DNA from: Euprymna scolopes
Lineage: Eukaryota
Reading direction: 5' to 3' (one strand)
DNA length: 64,000 nucleotides
NCBI GenBank assembly: GCA_053919585.1
Contig: CM132788.1
The translations under genes were made by a program, and so were the position numbers. Below are positions 40,271 to 53,677 of this stretch, in pieces. The notes under the pieces were generated by a model. It ran no database searches, had not been told where the DNA came from, and worked only from the letters and a program-made list of their open reading frames with translations. Within the stretch, counting starts at the first letter, position 1. Each line of letters starts with the position of its first letter.

Positions 40271-42289
40271 GTACTGTCCCGAATAAAACGTGATCGTGTT
40301 CCATCTTTCTGGCCTCTGACATCAGACGTTTTGAGAGTGCTCTGAAATCTGTTCCATCGCATGCTCCTTTGTGTGTGCAACTCTTCTTTTTTAATCTTAT
40401 TTTATATAGTCATGTCATTTCGATAACCCTTCTGTATTTGTATACAGTCATCTTACGATGTTATCAGCCACTATCTGCATATTACAGTAAACGCTAAGAA
40501 AATACGACTGTTTCCCGATATCACCCATTAATCATGTGCCGACTATGCTCATTTTGTTGTATAAACCATAAATTTTGTCTGAAAAATAATATTTGTCAGT
40601 TTTTAGCATAATATATTATATGCCACTATCATATTTCTAGAATCGCATGTGCAAGTTTTTTTTTTATTCTGATTTTAATCGATTTTACGGAGAATTTACC
40701 TGACCTTTTCAAAACAAAAGCGAAACCTGTTTTACCCCCGTGTGTGATATCATAGCAAAATGGCGTGGAAAAGGTCAAATCGCTGCTTCCAGCTCTCTTT
40801 TTATTCGATAGCCGTGTTTGCTCTATTGTCAGCAGAAGAATCGAACAGCACGAAAATAATACTAGGCTAAACATCATCAACAATACATCGTTACTTATGG
40901 TCAGGTTTCATCCATTTAGGTTGTATTTTTAAAGGATATGTTTTCTATTTCAAGGTCGAGTTACAAATCTTCGATTAGAAAGAGAAAACCACGTGAGCAG
41001 ATCGAAAATAACACAAAAATACGCCAAAATTTCCGTGGCTTTATTATGATACGCATATCTATATATATAAATCGTTCCTATATTTATGTTAGTCTGTCTA
41101 TCCTTTGGCTTGCTGATATTTCTTAGAGATAAGTCCAACGTTCAAATCCACATCCACCAGACTTTATTAATTGTTAGGTTGTTTTTATTTAAATCGAATT
41201 TATTATGTTTGAATATGAGGTGACAAGATCAAACCTATTAAAGAGAAATAGCAGCCATATTTCATTCCGTTTTTTTCTTACAAGCTAAACAACAAGGCAT
41301 TACTCGCGTGCTCTCGTGTGCGCGCGCGTGTGCGTGTGTGTATGTGTATGGAAATATATATGTGCGTGCAAATGTATATTTTTAGTTATTATATTTTGTA
41401 TCATTTATCGAGCACCGTAAACATTTAATCTTTATCTGAAAAAAAAGCCAAGTAGGTAGCTGAATATGACCAAAGATAACAAAATGAAGATATATATATA
41501 TATATTATATAAAGAAATGAATAAAAAGTGCTTGAAATTACTTTTTACATTTAATTAAAGCAAACATTTTATATAGATTAAGCACTCGATTATTTTTTGT
41601 AATAATATGAAATACCAAAGAATCAGGCAAAAGTTAAAATTGCTATGGCTTCCTCATGAAAAGACAGATATGGAGCCGTATATATTTTAATGATATTAAC
41701 TATATATTATTAAGAATCGCCCCCTGGCATTTTCTCTTCTACTAATCAAAATAATAAAAGTGTCTAAATAAGCATGTCAGTCATCTTGGAACTTCATTTT
41801 TAAACCATTAATACATGTTTTAGATAATCTACATAGTTTTATAGGGGAAGGTGTGTCTTCTTTTTACGCTGGTTGTGTGCGCCCTACTTTAGTTTAAATA
41901 ACATTTGGTGATCCTCACAATTTAGGACAGTGTAATTAATATATACGTATTTTTTAGATATGTTAGAGTTTAAGAACGTGACGAATAAACATCTCAGTAC
42001 GTGTTTATACTTTAAAGTATACCCATCGAAACACGGATTTCAAAATAATTAAATACACTGTTATATTTATAGTTGTATCATTGTACTAGCTGATTACTTT
42101 CAAGATGTGACCGTTTCCATAGGTTGTCTTGCTATTACCGATAATATATCCCAGAGAAAATCAATCCGATATTTGATAAGTTGAAGAACCCCCTATAAAA
42201 CCGCCTCAACTACATAGCATGTTATTACCATTTTAATTGTATTTTTAATGTTAATATTATCTAATGCGATAACTTGACGAACTTCATAT

Positions 42290-43335
42290 AGATGCAGCTG
42301 TGCGTCTGTGGGTCAAGGATAGCAGTTTTCTCTAAGTTTGTATACTTGGGTAGCACACTGAGTATGCCTGGTGCCCTTGATAATGTATCGTTACGGATCA
42401 GCAAGGCAAGTGATGCCTTCGGAAAGTTGGACGGGCGTTTGTGGAAACATCATGGGATTTTGCTGCCAACAAAGATTAAGGTATATGATGCATGTGTTCT
42501 CTCTACTCTTCTCTATAGTAGTAAAACTTGGACAACATACAGGGAGCATTTGAGACGTCTTGAGCGGTTTCACCAGATGTGCCTACGGCGAATATTAGGG
42601 GTGGGTTGGCAGATGTATGTCAGTGATGTGGAGATGCTTGATCGGACTCAATGTCTTAGCATTGAGGTCTACGTTATTAAGCACAGATTGAGATAGAGTG
42701 GGCATGTGGTGAGGATGTTAGACAGTCGACTTCCAAAACAACTCCTTTATGGTGAGCTCGCCGAGGGAAGACGTCTGGCTCAAAAGCCTTAATTGAGATT
42801 TAAGGATTGTTTAAGATCCACCTTAAAAAATGTGAGATTGATAAAAGACCATGGGAGTGTCTTGCTTTGGATCGCGGATGGTGGAGAAGGACACTGCGGG
42901 TAGGTGTGGGCAAGTTTGAGGTGGATCGAAGCCAGTATGAGCAGCTGCATCGCGATATACGGAAAGGGAGAGTGAAAGGAGCCGTTGATGGTAGGGGGAG
43001 CCAAAATGGTCTGAAGTGTGAGGTGTGCGGAAGAATACGTCTTAGCAGAGCTGGCCTGACGAGTCAAAACAGAGTTGAGCTGATGTATGGGCGGATGTAC
43101 AAAACGGATGTACAAAACGACAGGCGGTTATAAACAACATTTGATCCTGCCTAGAAAAGAACAGCAAGGATGTGCTGCTAGTGATGCACATGTCTTTACA
43201 ATGTGTGCTAAGGAATGCCAGAGTTTAGCAAGGTCTAAACGCCACATTCGTGCAGCCCATCACTAAATGTTTTCGTGTTTCTATATACCTTTTTTGTGCT
43301 ATATCAAGTGATATCAATGTTCGAAAACGAATTTG

Positions 43336-43345
<10 letters not shown>
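42290..43345 (+). mobile_element. RTE-clade LINE, 5'-truncated
   Basis: FVYLGSTLS..RISKASDAFGKL..TKIKVYDACVLSTLLY..RFHQMCLRRIL, GHVVRM..RLPKQLLYGEL; C-terminal CxxC motifs; runs into (TA)n. Confidence 0.92.
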
Positions 43346-43404
<59 letters not shown>

Positions 43405-44511
43405 TTGAAGTTTTTAACCTTTAAAACTATACAAAAATATTTTTTATCATTCGTTAGAAAACCATCTAGTCAGTAAGTCATTTAATCACCTGCAATCACT
43501 GCATCAACTCGCTCTCGAATTTACTATAGTACTAATAATTTATTTTTTAAGGGATCATCAGTTGTTTACAATGAAACACTGTTTCGGGGATTTAAAAACA
43601 AAACAGTATATTACATCATGGCTCCCCAGCAGTGTTGATCAAACACCCCCTCCCTTAATCTTAGGAAGAAGACATGTTACAAACATTTGATCCGATTTCC
43701 TATTCTTACTTGCAGGTACTAACCTTTTCATGCCATAAAAATGAATTTCTTACCTGTGTGATTCATAAATGTCCAATTTAAAAATGGATCTATATTTTAA
43801 TTTTTCAGCCTTGTATTTATAAGATTAGGATTAATCCATTTAACTACTTATCACCCCCACTATGATTAAAATTTAGTATATTTACATTCTTTTTTATTTA
43901 AAATTAGATATATAAAGGTTAAAAATATTTTTACATATGTACATATTTTCATTTATAAATATATAAATGTATCATATGTAATTATACATACATTTTATAC
44001 ATTGCTAATATAGTTTTGGATTTCCTTTATTCATATAGTCTGGTTAATCTTAAACGATTCAAAAGTATCAGGATAACGAACCACTTCGTGATTTAACTGT
44101 CTAAATGTTGTATTTTTATCCCCACCTTGTTTTATCACCCTTATTACTAGTCTATAAACTGGTGGTATACAATCTGTTAAGTTTAAAGTAATGCGAGCTA
44201 TTTTCAAATGGTTCCTAAAACTATAAAACAGGGCACCTGCTATCTTTATGCGGCATATGTACTATTTTAAAGGGGAAAGCGTTTCTTTTATCAAATATTT
44301 TATAAAGAAAAAACCCATCCTCAATTTTTATATCTAAATCCAGAAATGAAGCCTGTTGTCCTCTACGTTCACAATTCAATTTTTATTCGTTTGGATATAT
44401 AATATGTTTTTTTAATTCATCATTATCATTTATACATATAAGGTCATCTATAAATCTCCTACACCCATGAAAGTTATATGTTTTAGATATATCAGTTTTT
44501 TAATAGTGATG

Positions 44512-44584
<73 letters not shown>

Positions 44585-44653
44585 TATACTCGAGTCTATG
44601 TAAATACAAATTTGCACAAATATATATATAAATATATATAGATATATGTAAAT

Positions 44654-45226
44654 NNNNNNNNNNNNNNNNNNNNNNNNNNNNNNNNNNNNNNNNNNNNNNN
44701 NNNNNNNNNNNNNNNNNNNNNNNNNNNNNNNNNNNNNNNNNNNNNNNNNNNNNNNNNNNNNNNNNNNNNNNNNNNNNNNNNNNNNNNNNNNNNNNNNNNN
44801 NNNNNNNNNNNNNNNNNNNNNNNNNNNNNNNNNNNNNNNNNNNNNNNNNNNNNNNNACATTACCTTTTTATAATCTTTTAAAAATATACAATTATAATAA
44901 AATGTATGAGCTTTCTACAATTTAATTTGACAGTGCTCAACATCTGGGTAGATCTGTGTAGCACTGAACAAAAAATAAGCTTTTCCAATTAAGCTAGACA
45001 GAATCATTCATTTAAATCTACGGAGAAAAGTGTAGATTGCCTGATGTTTCATTACGAGGATAGATCACGAAACATTTATATATCCTAACCGCTAAAANNN
45101 NNNNNNNNNNNNNNNNNNNNNNNNNNNNNNNNNNNNNNNNNNNNNNNNNNNNNNNNNNNNNNNNNNNNNNNNNNNNNNNNNNNNNNNNNNNNNNNNNNNN
45201 NNNNNNNNNNNNNNNNNNNNNNNNNN
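44654..45226. other. Two assembly gaps (44654-44856, 45098-45226)
   Basis: N runs. Confidence 1.
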
Positions 45227-45619
45227 TTTCCTTTATAGTAAGACTCTGCACAGAATTGGCATGCCAACAAATCTCAACTTTTCCAGTACTAGCAGCTTAT
45301 TTTCTATGTATTTTAACAACGGTTGCATTCTTGAACTAACAGATGGTATAGGCTAAATATTTGTAGTGTTTCCTCAGTAATTGCTTTATCTCACGTTTGT
45401 TACGAGAGTAAAGGTTATAAAGATCCCATTCATATTGACGGCGTTCCATTTTCTGATAAGATTCTGAATTCTGCCTACGTCTCTAAGAATAATTTTGTTG
45501 TACATTTGAAATAGATACGGGGATGAAAATAACTAAGGTATGTCCATGTACTGCAGGCATTAATATCGTTAAATTAACACATACTTCTACTTGCGCGGCT
45601 GATATTTCTCAGAGGCAGC

Positions 45620-47430
45620 ATGAATGCCGAAAATTTTACCGACGTAAGTCCAGTTAAAACAGAGGGACGCACATAGAAGCTAGAAGTAACGTTAAGAAAG
45701 AAATAGCGACAGCTAAGAGAGAATTTACAGAAACCACTAAAACCATCATCGAGGCCAAATATTAGGAACTAGTGGCTTCTGGAAAATCTACAACAGTGTA
45801 GTAAATAATGGGCAATCACCAATGCCTCCACTAACCAACAATCAGGGGGTTATTTGCTCAGCAACCGAGAAGGCTAACATGCTTGCCAGTCGGTTTGCCT
45901 CAAACTCCACACTGGACCCTTCAAACCACCCCCTACCTGACTTTTTTTCGGACAGATGCTACGCTAGACGATCTGAAAATCACCGCTGCTCAGGTGCATG
46001 CAATCATAAAAAACCTTGACACTTCAAAAGCATGTGGACCCGATCTCATCCCATCTGTGCTCTTAAAAAATTTTTCAGTCGGTTCTTTCCAAACTCTACA
46101 ACAAATGCCTTAATAAATCTTTCTTTTCGGGCTGTCGGAAAACTGCTTCTGTGGGTCCAGTATTCAGGATGCTAGCGAAAGAATTGACCCATCAAATTAT
46201 CGCCCCATTAGCCTCCTCCCCTTTTCCACCAAAATATTTTAGACCATAATTAACCATGCTCTAGTCCATCACCTTACAGATGCTAAACTTCTGTCTGACC
46301 AACAATATGGATTTATATAAGCCCGTTCCACAGCAGCCATCCTTACTGGAAGGATACTTAACATAATTAAATTCTTCTAAGATAAGAGAAAAATCCGGGT
46401 TGTCCTCGACGGTCGTACATCCAAACGATATGATATAAATGCGGGAGTGCCTCAAGGGTCTATCCTTGGGCATCTATTCCTCATAATATTTATAAATGTC
46501 TTCCTCGACAAAATTGCCTCTGAGATGGGTATATATGCTGATGACGCCTCACTCTATAACAGAGACGACGGGAAAACAAATGAACACATATCTAAAGAAA
46601 TGGCAGAACCACTAGAGACTGATTTCCAATCTCTAGTGGAATGGATGGTCACATTCAATGCCGCCAAGACTAAACTGGTTTCCTTCAATAATTACAAGAA
46701 ATATTATCTGCCACTAATAGCAATGGGCAGTGATTCTTTATCTGATAGTACATCTTTCAAACTATTGGGCCTACCGTTCACAAGAAACATGAGTTGGAAC
46801 AATTACAGTGAAAGCATTGATGTGTCGGCTGCGAAGATGGTAGGCTCTCTATACCGTGCTAGAAAACTACTAAAACCCGAACATATCATGTACCTCTATA
46901 AGGCCACGATTCGCCCATGTATGGAGTATTGCTGTCATATTTGCGCTGGTTCATCTGCTACTTGTCTCTCGCTCCTAGACAAGGTTCAAAAGAGAGTCGC
47001 CAATCTTTTAGGCCCTGAACTTGCATCTAAGCTTCAGCCTCTGTCCCATCGACGAAATGTAACATTCCTTCGCCTGTTCTACAAGTATTTTAATGGTGAA
47101 CGCCCTGGCGAACTGCAAACAATTGTGCCCCAACGACGTAGATGCACTCAACAAACCCGACACACAGCTGAATCCTACCTCACACAGTAAAGATCCCTAG
47201 ATATAAAAGCTCTTTCTACTCCAATACTTTCTTTCCCAGAACCGCTAGACATTGGAATTCCATTCCAGGTCCCTGCTTCACCAACTGTACTGACATGCAG
47301 AAGGTCAAGTGTAACGTGAACCGACATCTTGGTGATCTAATACCTACATAGTACCCAGTGGTTGTTGTCCCTAATAGTAGCCCCCTACACCAAAGTGTCA
47401 ATTTGCCTTGTTTGGGGTGAAAATGTAATT
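45620..47430 (+). mobile_element. CR1-group LINE family B, 5'-truncated, with internal RT deletion
   Basis: LDTSKACGPD, NYRPISLL, GVPQGSILG, YADD, IRPCMEYCCHI, LSHRRNV; the ALD..AF segment present at 59390 is missing near 46345. Confidence 0.92.
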
Positions 47431-47532
47431 AAAGAAAATGTAATTCATATTTCATTATTCATATCATCTGACTAAATGAATTTTAAGTGTTGCATTTTAA
47501 TAATAATCATAGTGTTTGAAATTGTGAAAATC

Positions 47533-47596
<64 letters not shown>

Positions 47597-48254
47597 TATT
47601 TTTTATTACCGTTTTATCTGTTTGGTTACATATGTCTCAGATGTTGAACTATGTTTACGATCTAACAGCCTCGTCAGACCTTACAGGAGACGTTTTTAGT
47701 ATTAGAAAGAAGTGTTTTAGAAGAAATATGAAAGAAAAAAATATGGAAAAAGGGTGGGGTTAAGGTAGGAGACAATAAGGAGGAGGGAGACAGGTATTGC
47801 CAATATTTCAGTTTTGAGGGTCAAGATACTTTTGATTGTATTTTCCGTGTGGGGGTAGCAGATTAAGGTGGGCGTGGGTGGAGATATATGGATATAGGGA
47901 GGGTGAGGTCGAGACAGGATGGTAAAGAAAAGAAGAAAAGGGGAGAGGAGTAAGGAGAGGAGTGGGGGAAGTTTTAATTTTAAATTTTAACTGTATTTTG
48001 CTTGTTCAGTGAGGTATATTAAGTAGGTGAGAGAGAGGGAGAGCGATAGGGAAAGAAATGGAGAGCGAGATGGAAAGAGAGAGAGAGAGAGAGAGGCAAA
48101 GGGTTAGTGAAGTGTCATGTATTTTTGACAGGTACTGGGGTCCTTTAAAATTTTCGCAGTCGCTATACGATTCCTTGTCCATATCCTTTTACAATGCGCT
48201 GTTTTTTTGATAGTGCATACGTAGCACGCGCAAATAAGTATATATTCACTTGAC

Positions 48255-48727
48255 AACAAAAAGTTTAGCAGAGGGAATAGAGTGAATAAAAAAGTGATTT
48301 CACGTGAATTGATAGTCTGGTGGAGGGTAAACTCTCTTGGATTCTGCACCTTTGGATTTTACCGTCATTGGAAATTTTACGTAAGATGTATGCCTTACTT
48401 GTAGTTTAATTTATTTATTTTTTCAAGCAAAATCCGACCCCGCATCTTGCTAAACCCTACCCTAAGATGAGAAGGAAATCATTGCTTCGAAAGTCCACGG
48501 ATTAAGGACTTTCCATTTATTTAGCGTTTCCTTTTTTTAAAATTAAATGTTTTAACTCTTTTCCAAAGAAACTACTTGTTCTTATTATAAACTCTATCTC
48601 CCATTTTGTTTTATCAAACTTTTACATCTGGTTGAGATTATTTATAAATATAAATTATCTAATATTTATAATTTATTTTATTTGTGTCGCCTTGGATCAT
48701 TTTGGTAAACTTAACTATAATTCTTAA
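48255..48727 (+). mobile_element. Hammerhead-bearing non-coding repeat, copy 1 (decayed, rearranged)
   Basis: Homologous to 53140-53618; core mutated to AAGATGA..CGAAAG TCCACGGA TTA at 48461-48510; ends at (TA)n. Confidence 0.75.
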
Positions 48728-49048
48728 ATATATATATATATATATATATACATATATATACATATATATATACATGTATGTGGAAATATATTTTCTCATA
48801 ATATATATCAATGCTTATTTAGTAACCTCAATTTAATGACAGAAACAATAGGTAATAAATGACAAAAGACTATATTCCGAAGTTCATGATGTTGATTATC
48901 TGATAATGTATTCCTTTTTCCTTATGAGTTTAGGTCATTATAGATTCAATGATATATATAGTAATTAAGTGATTGATTTTGCGCTACCAAGCAGATACTG
49001 TCAAGGGCAACATCATGAACTTTGGAATATAGTATTTTGTCATTGATT

Positions 49049-49121
<73 letters not shown>

Positions 49122-49511
49122 GCGTATCACGGTTGACAACGGTATTCCTTAGATTACCGATGTTAGCATTGAGCTTGATCATTTATAGATGGAGTTGAGA
49201 ATGGTAGCTGGGTTGCCAATTTAAGACTTTTAGCTGGGTGGCCAATTTGAGAAAGATATCTGGGTGGCCAATTGTATGTAGGGGACGTCGACACCTTCTT
49301 GAAGGATTTTCAAAATCTTAATGTTGTCATCTGCCCTAACGTGGATATATATGCGACTGGACACTGTTTATTAATTACATACCTCCATGAGACTTCTTTC
49401 TGTTGCAGAATGCTACTTAGACCCGCATTAGACTTTACTATCAATTTAGCCCGGCTTTGCTAGGGACCTATGCACTGTTCATAACTTTTTGTGCATAGGT
49501 ATAAATAGATA

Positions 49512-50812
49512 CAGGGTGAACAGAAAGTCCTTGGACCATTTTTAGTTTTAAAATTAAATATTGTTCAAATCACTTTTTCTCTTTTCGAATAAAGTAAGTA
49601 TTTAGTCTAACTATTGATCTAATTATTTTCAACAAATATATTAAAATAATTTTGTTTAAACTTTCAGAAAAATGAGCAAAGGAGAGGTCATAATTCAGCT
49701 TCATTGCGCGGGATGGACAAACTCAGAAATTATTAAGCTCTTGAAAGTGGCCAAATCCACCGTGTACCGTGTTGTGAATAGATTTAAGGAACTTGGTACA
49801 TCTGAAGACCGTCCTAGGAGTGGAAGACCTCGCACTGCTCGAACAAAGAAGGTGATTAAAGCTGTCCAAGAGAGGGTAAGGAGGAACCCGAAGGGATCAG
49901 CAAGACAAATTGTTAAAGACATGAATGTGAGCGTGACCTCGATGAGAACCATCGTAAAAAACGATCTCCAGTTGTCCCCCTACAAGATGAGAAAGAGACA
50001 GTATCTCACACCTGCCCAAAAGCACAAGAGACTTGAAAGAGCAAAGCTTCTTCTTGGAGAACTGAAGGCTGGCACGGCAGAGCGAGATATCTTTTTTTCG
50101 GATGAAGAACTCTTCACAATTGAAGCGACTGTTAACAATCAGAACGACAGAGTTTACGCAAAATCTTCAGCAGACATTGATGACTCCGTGAGAATAGTTT
50201 TCCGCCGAAAAAAGCCGTCTTCCCTCATGGTGTGGGCTGCAGTCTCTAAATCTTGGAAGTCGCCTCTGATTTTCGTGGAGCAGCGGGGTTAAGATCAACA
50301 CAGATCGCTACATTAACGATATTTTGGTTCCAGCATTTGAAGAGATGTAGAAACACTTCAAAGATCAGCCTTTCTCCTTCCAACAAGATGAAGCACCATC
50401 CCACACCTCCAGAAAAACTCAGGACTGGTGCCAACGTCATTTTCCAAGATTCTGCAGTAAGGAGATGTGGCCTCCTGCATCGCCTGATTTGAATCCCATG
50501 GATTTTTCGGTGTGGTCTTTGTTGGAGGCAAAGGTCTGTTCTGTTGCTCATCCAAGTGTTTATGCTTTGAAGACATCTCTTCTGAGTGAATGGGGTAAAA
50601 TACCTCAGGAAACGCTGCGTGCCTCGGTTGGTAACTTCAGACAGAGAATTGAACGTCTAATCGAAAGGAAGGGACATCACATTGAAACTAAATAATTTGA
50701 ATTTATTCTTTGTTTCCTAACTTTTAATTTTCATTCATGTTTAAATTATATTTTTGTAATTTTCTATTAATACACCACTTTTGAATTGGTCCAAGGATTT
50801 CTTTTCACCCTG
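49512..50812 (+). mobile_element. Complete Tc1/mariner DD37D (maT) transposon, 1301 bp
   Basis: TIRs cagggtgaacagaaagtccttggacca / tggtccaaggatttcttttcaccctg; TA at 49510-49511 and 50813-50814. Confidence 0.95.
49672..50695 (+). pseudogene. DD37D transposase with one frameshift (about 50285) and one stop (about 50348)
   Basis: HTH..RSGRPR, FSDE, FQQD-(37 aa counted)-D in WPPASPDLNPMDFSVW. Confidence 0.93.
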
Positions 50813-51971
50813 TATATTAAAAATGTTTGACTCATCTTCAGGAAACCGACATTTAAATTCTCAAAAGTTTAGGCCGTGAATTGGCGGAATCTGGTAGAGT
50901 CTGCAAAGGTCAACTCTTTAAACTTTGACTGCTTAGCAGTAAAATTCTCGACTAAAAACTCATTAAAAAGCGTGTTGCATGTCTTAATACTCTTTATGTA
51001 AAATTTCAAATGTAAGACACAAAATTTGCTGAATAGTTAGCTAGAGATCACAAAGGTATTTTTTTTAAACTTTGACCACTTTGGCAGTAAAATCTTCGGC
51101 TAAAAAATTATTAAACACTTGCCCTATTTCTGAATGCAATTTATGTAAAATTATAAATCGTCAGTCATAAAACTGTCTGAGTAATTTTGTAGAGAAGGCC
51201 TTTTTTTTTAAATTGACCCAGATGTATACACCTTAACATGTATAGTTTTCGGCGCAAATGAAGTTAACATTTTTGAGCCATCTCACAGCAGCCTGCATCT
51301 AAAATTTCAAGTATTTAGACCAAAAATTGGCGGGGGTTATAGTATGCTTTTTAAAGGTCAAATCATTAAATTTTAACTACTTCACAGTCACGTTTCTGTC
51401 ACGTTTATAGGTATATAGATTCTGCAGTTTCAATATTTTTATTACTTTCTCTCTCTACATTTAATTCCAAATATTTTCCAGAATTGTTCACAGTGTTTTA
51501 GGCTTTTAATATTCCGGTAGTTTTATCGCATATGTTATATGCCAGCTGCCTGTTTGTTCTATTTTTAGTTTAAAGAGTGATGCTATATCTTTAAAATACT
51601 GCTGCTGTGCACAATATTTAAAAGGAGTTTGGAGAAAACATGTAGTATTTAACTACTGACCGATCAGTTTTCTGATCAATTAAATTAAATTAGCAATGAA
51701 TTAAAGAATCGACTAACATAGCTACCATCAAATTTTTCTATTCCTCAAAATGAATAAAGAACGAATCGACTGAAATACAATATTGGATATATGTATTATT
51801 TGATTGACATTCTATTATTCTATTGCGATAACTTTATTATATCAAAAGTATATGTAATGATTTAAAAAGTTATTCTCACAAGCTAAATACATATAATATT
51901 TCCGGGAATGTATTCGCTACGTTGACATATTATCTCTCGTATATGTATATTAATGTAGTTATATATATATA

Positions 51972-52255
51972 TAAGCAAACAGTTAAATAAATATGCTAAA
52001 AAACACTTTGAAATGAGTTAAACACATAGTCCTTAATCCGCGGAGTTTGAAATAAACACTCTCCTTCTCATCAGAGGGTAGGAATTAGCAAAATGCGGGA
52101 TCGGATTTTGCATGCAGAAGTATTTGATGAAACAACAAGTAAGTCAAAGATCTTACTTGAAAACAAAATAAGTTAAGCAGAGGGAATATGGTAAAGAAAA
52201 AGGTGATAACACATGAATGGATAGTTTGGTGGAAGATAAAAAATTCAGTGACGAT
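51972..52255 (-). mobile_element. Hammerhead-bearing non-coding repeat, copy 2 (inverted arm)
   Basis: Reverse complement of about 53155-53470; core CUGAUGA intact, GAAA mutated to CAAA (52028-52079). Confidence 0.85.
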
Positions 52256-52999
52256 AAATAGTTATCACGTGTACCCTATATAGATATAAAATATGATTTT
52301 ATGTATACTTTAGCGTTTTCCGACATACTTCTTATTACTTAACAATTTAATAATCCTTTATTTTAATTCTTTATCTCTTCTTTGCATGGCCGGTTTTTTA
52401 TCTGCATTTTCTGTTTCATTCTTTAAACTTTCCTATCTATCTAATATATCAATCTACCACCACTTTCATATCTTGTATGTATATTTACTTAAATTTTACT
52501 ATATGAATTTACTTACTTTTTCTTCGTTTTTTTTTACTGAAATTGCAGATACCGGCCATATTCTCCCCTTAATTAACTGTATTTTTTTATTTTTATCCTT
52601 ATTTTATTTTATTTTATATTATATATTATATTTTATATTCTATTTTTTATTATATTTTATTTTGTTATTTATGTATTTATTCTTTATTTTCTATTTATTA
52701 TATATTTATTTATTTATTTTATATCCCTTTTAGTGTCGTTTAACAACTCTTGCTGACATTTTTTTAAGTGGTGATCTGTACATTTCAGTTGACCTATATT
52801 ATTTTGCCCTATATATATTTTCGCGCCTTTAACATTTCCTATCTGCGTCATTTTGACTTTTGTGTCCCTTTATTTTATATTTTATATTTAACTTTATCAT
52901 TTTTCTCTCTATCCTTTCTCTTCCCAGATATTTTTTTATTCATAGTTATGCCTTGGAAGAAGAGGTAAAAGCACATCTTATATTTATTTTATTGATATT

Positions 53000-53613
53000 A
53001 TTTTTTCCTTGTACACATTTTTGTGAAATAGTCCATGGATTTCTGTCTTTGCATTATTATGGACCATCTTGTTCAAATTACGGGATTTCCTTGGATTTTA
53101 CTTGTACAAATGGAAATTCTTTTAACTTTCCTGAAGTTTTACATTTGGATTTTACTGTCACTGGATTTTTTATCTTCCACCAAACTACCCATTCATGTGT
53201 AATCGCCTTTTTCTTCACCATATTCCCTCTACTTAACTTATTTTTTTTTCAAGTAAGATCTTTGACTTACTTCTTGTTTCATCAAATATTCTGCATGCAA
53301 AATCCGATCCCGCATTTTGCTAATTCCCACCCTCTGATGAGAAGGAGAGTGTTTATTCGAAACTCCGCGGATTAAGGACTATCCATTTACCTAGTGTTTC
53401 CTTTTCAGATTAAATATATGTTTAATGCATTTCAAAGTGTTTTTAACATATTTTATTAACTGTTTGCTCATATTATAAGCTCTATTTCCTATTTGGTTTA
53501 ATCGAGATTTTTTATCTGGCCGAGATAATGTTATAAATATTAATTCTTTAATATTTATAATTAACTTTAATTTTACCATATTGGATCATTTTGGTAAATT
53601 CAATTGTAATTTT

Positions 53614-53618
<5 letters not shown>
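53000..53618 (+). mobile_element. Hammerhead-bearing non-coding repeat, copy 3 (5' boundary uncertain, may extend to about 52260)
   Basis: Homology to copies 1 and 2; same 3' end (ttggatcattttggtaaa..) before (TA)n. Confidence 0.8.
53330..53378 (+). ncRNA. Type I hammerhead ribozyme
   Basis: ccu-CUGAUGA-GAA..UUC-GAAA-C-UCCGCGGA-UUA-agg: intact core, 3-bp stems I and II, palindromic stem III. Confidence 0.75.

Positions 53619-53677
<59 letters not shown>

Larger units (their letters stand above)
49438..51419 (-). mobile_element. Non-autonomous Helitron-like element H4 (H1-related), interrupted by maT
   Basis: cccggctttgctaggg hairpin with degenerate CTAG at 49438; tttataggtatatagat end at 51419; internal similarity to 20570-20993. 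Confidence 0.65.

Noticed and set aside
49205-49273. Three copies of about 26 bp containing ctgggtggccaatt
   Set aside because: Short local minisatellite; CCAAT content alone does not support a promoter call
52386-53375. Hydrophobic ORFs of 115 and 171 aa resembling membrane proteins
   Set aside because: Result of T-rich low complexity inside the ribozyme repeat; frame not preserved in the other copies
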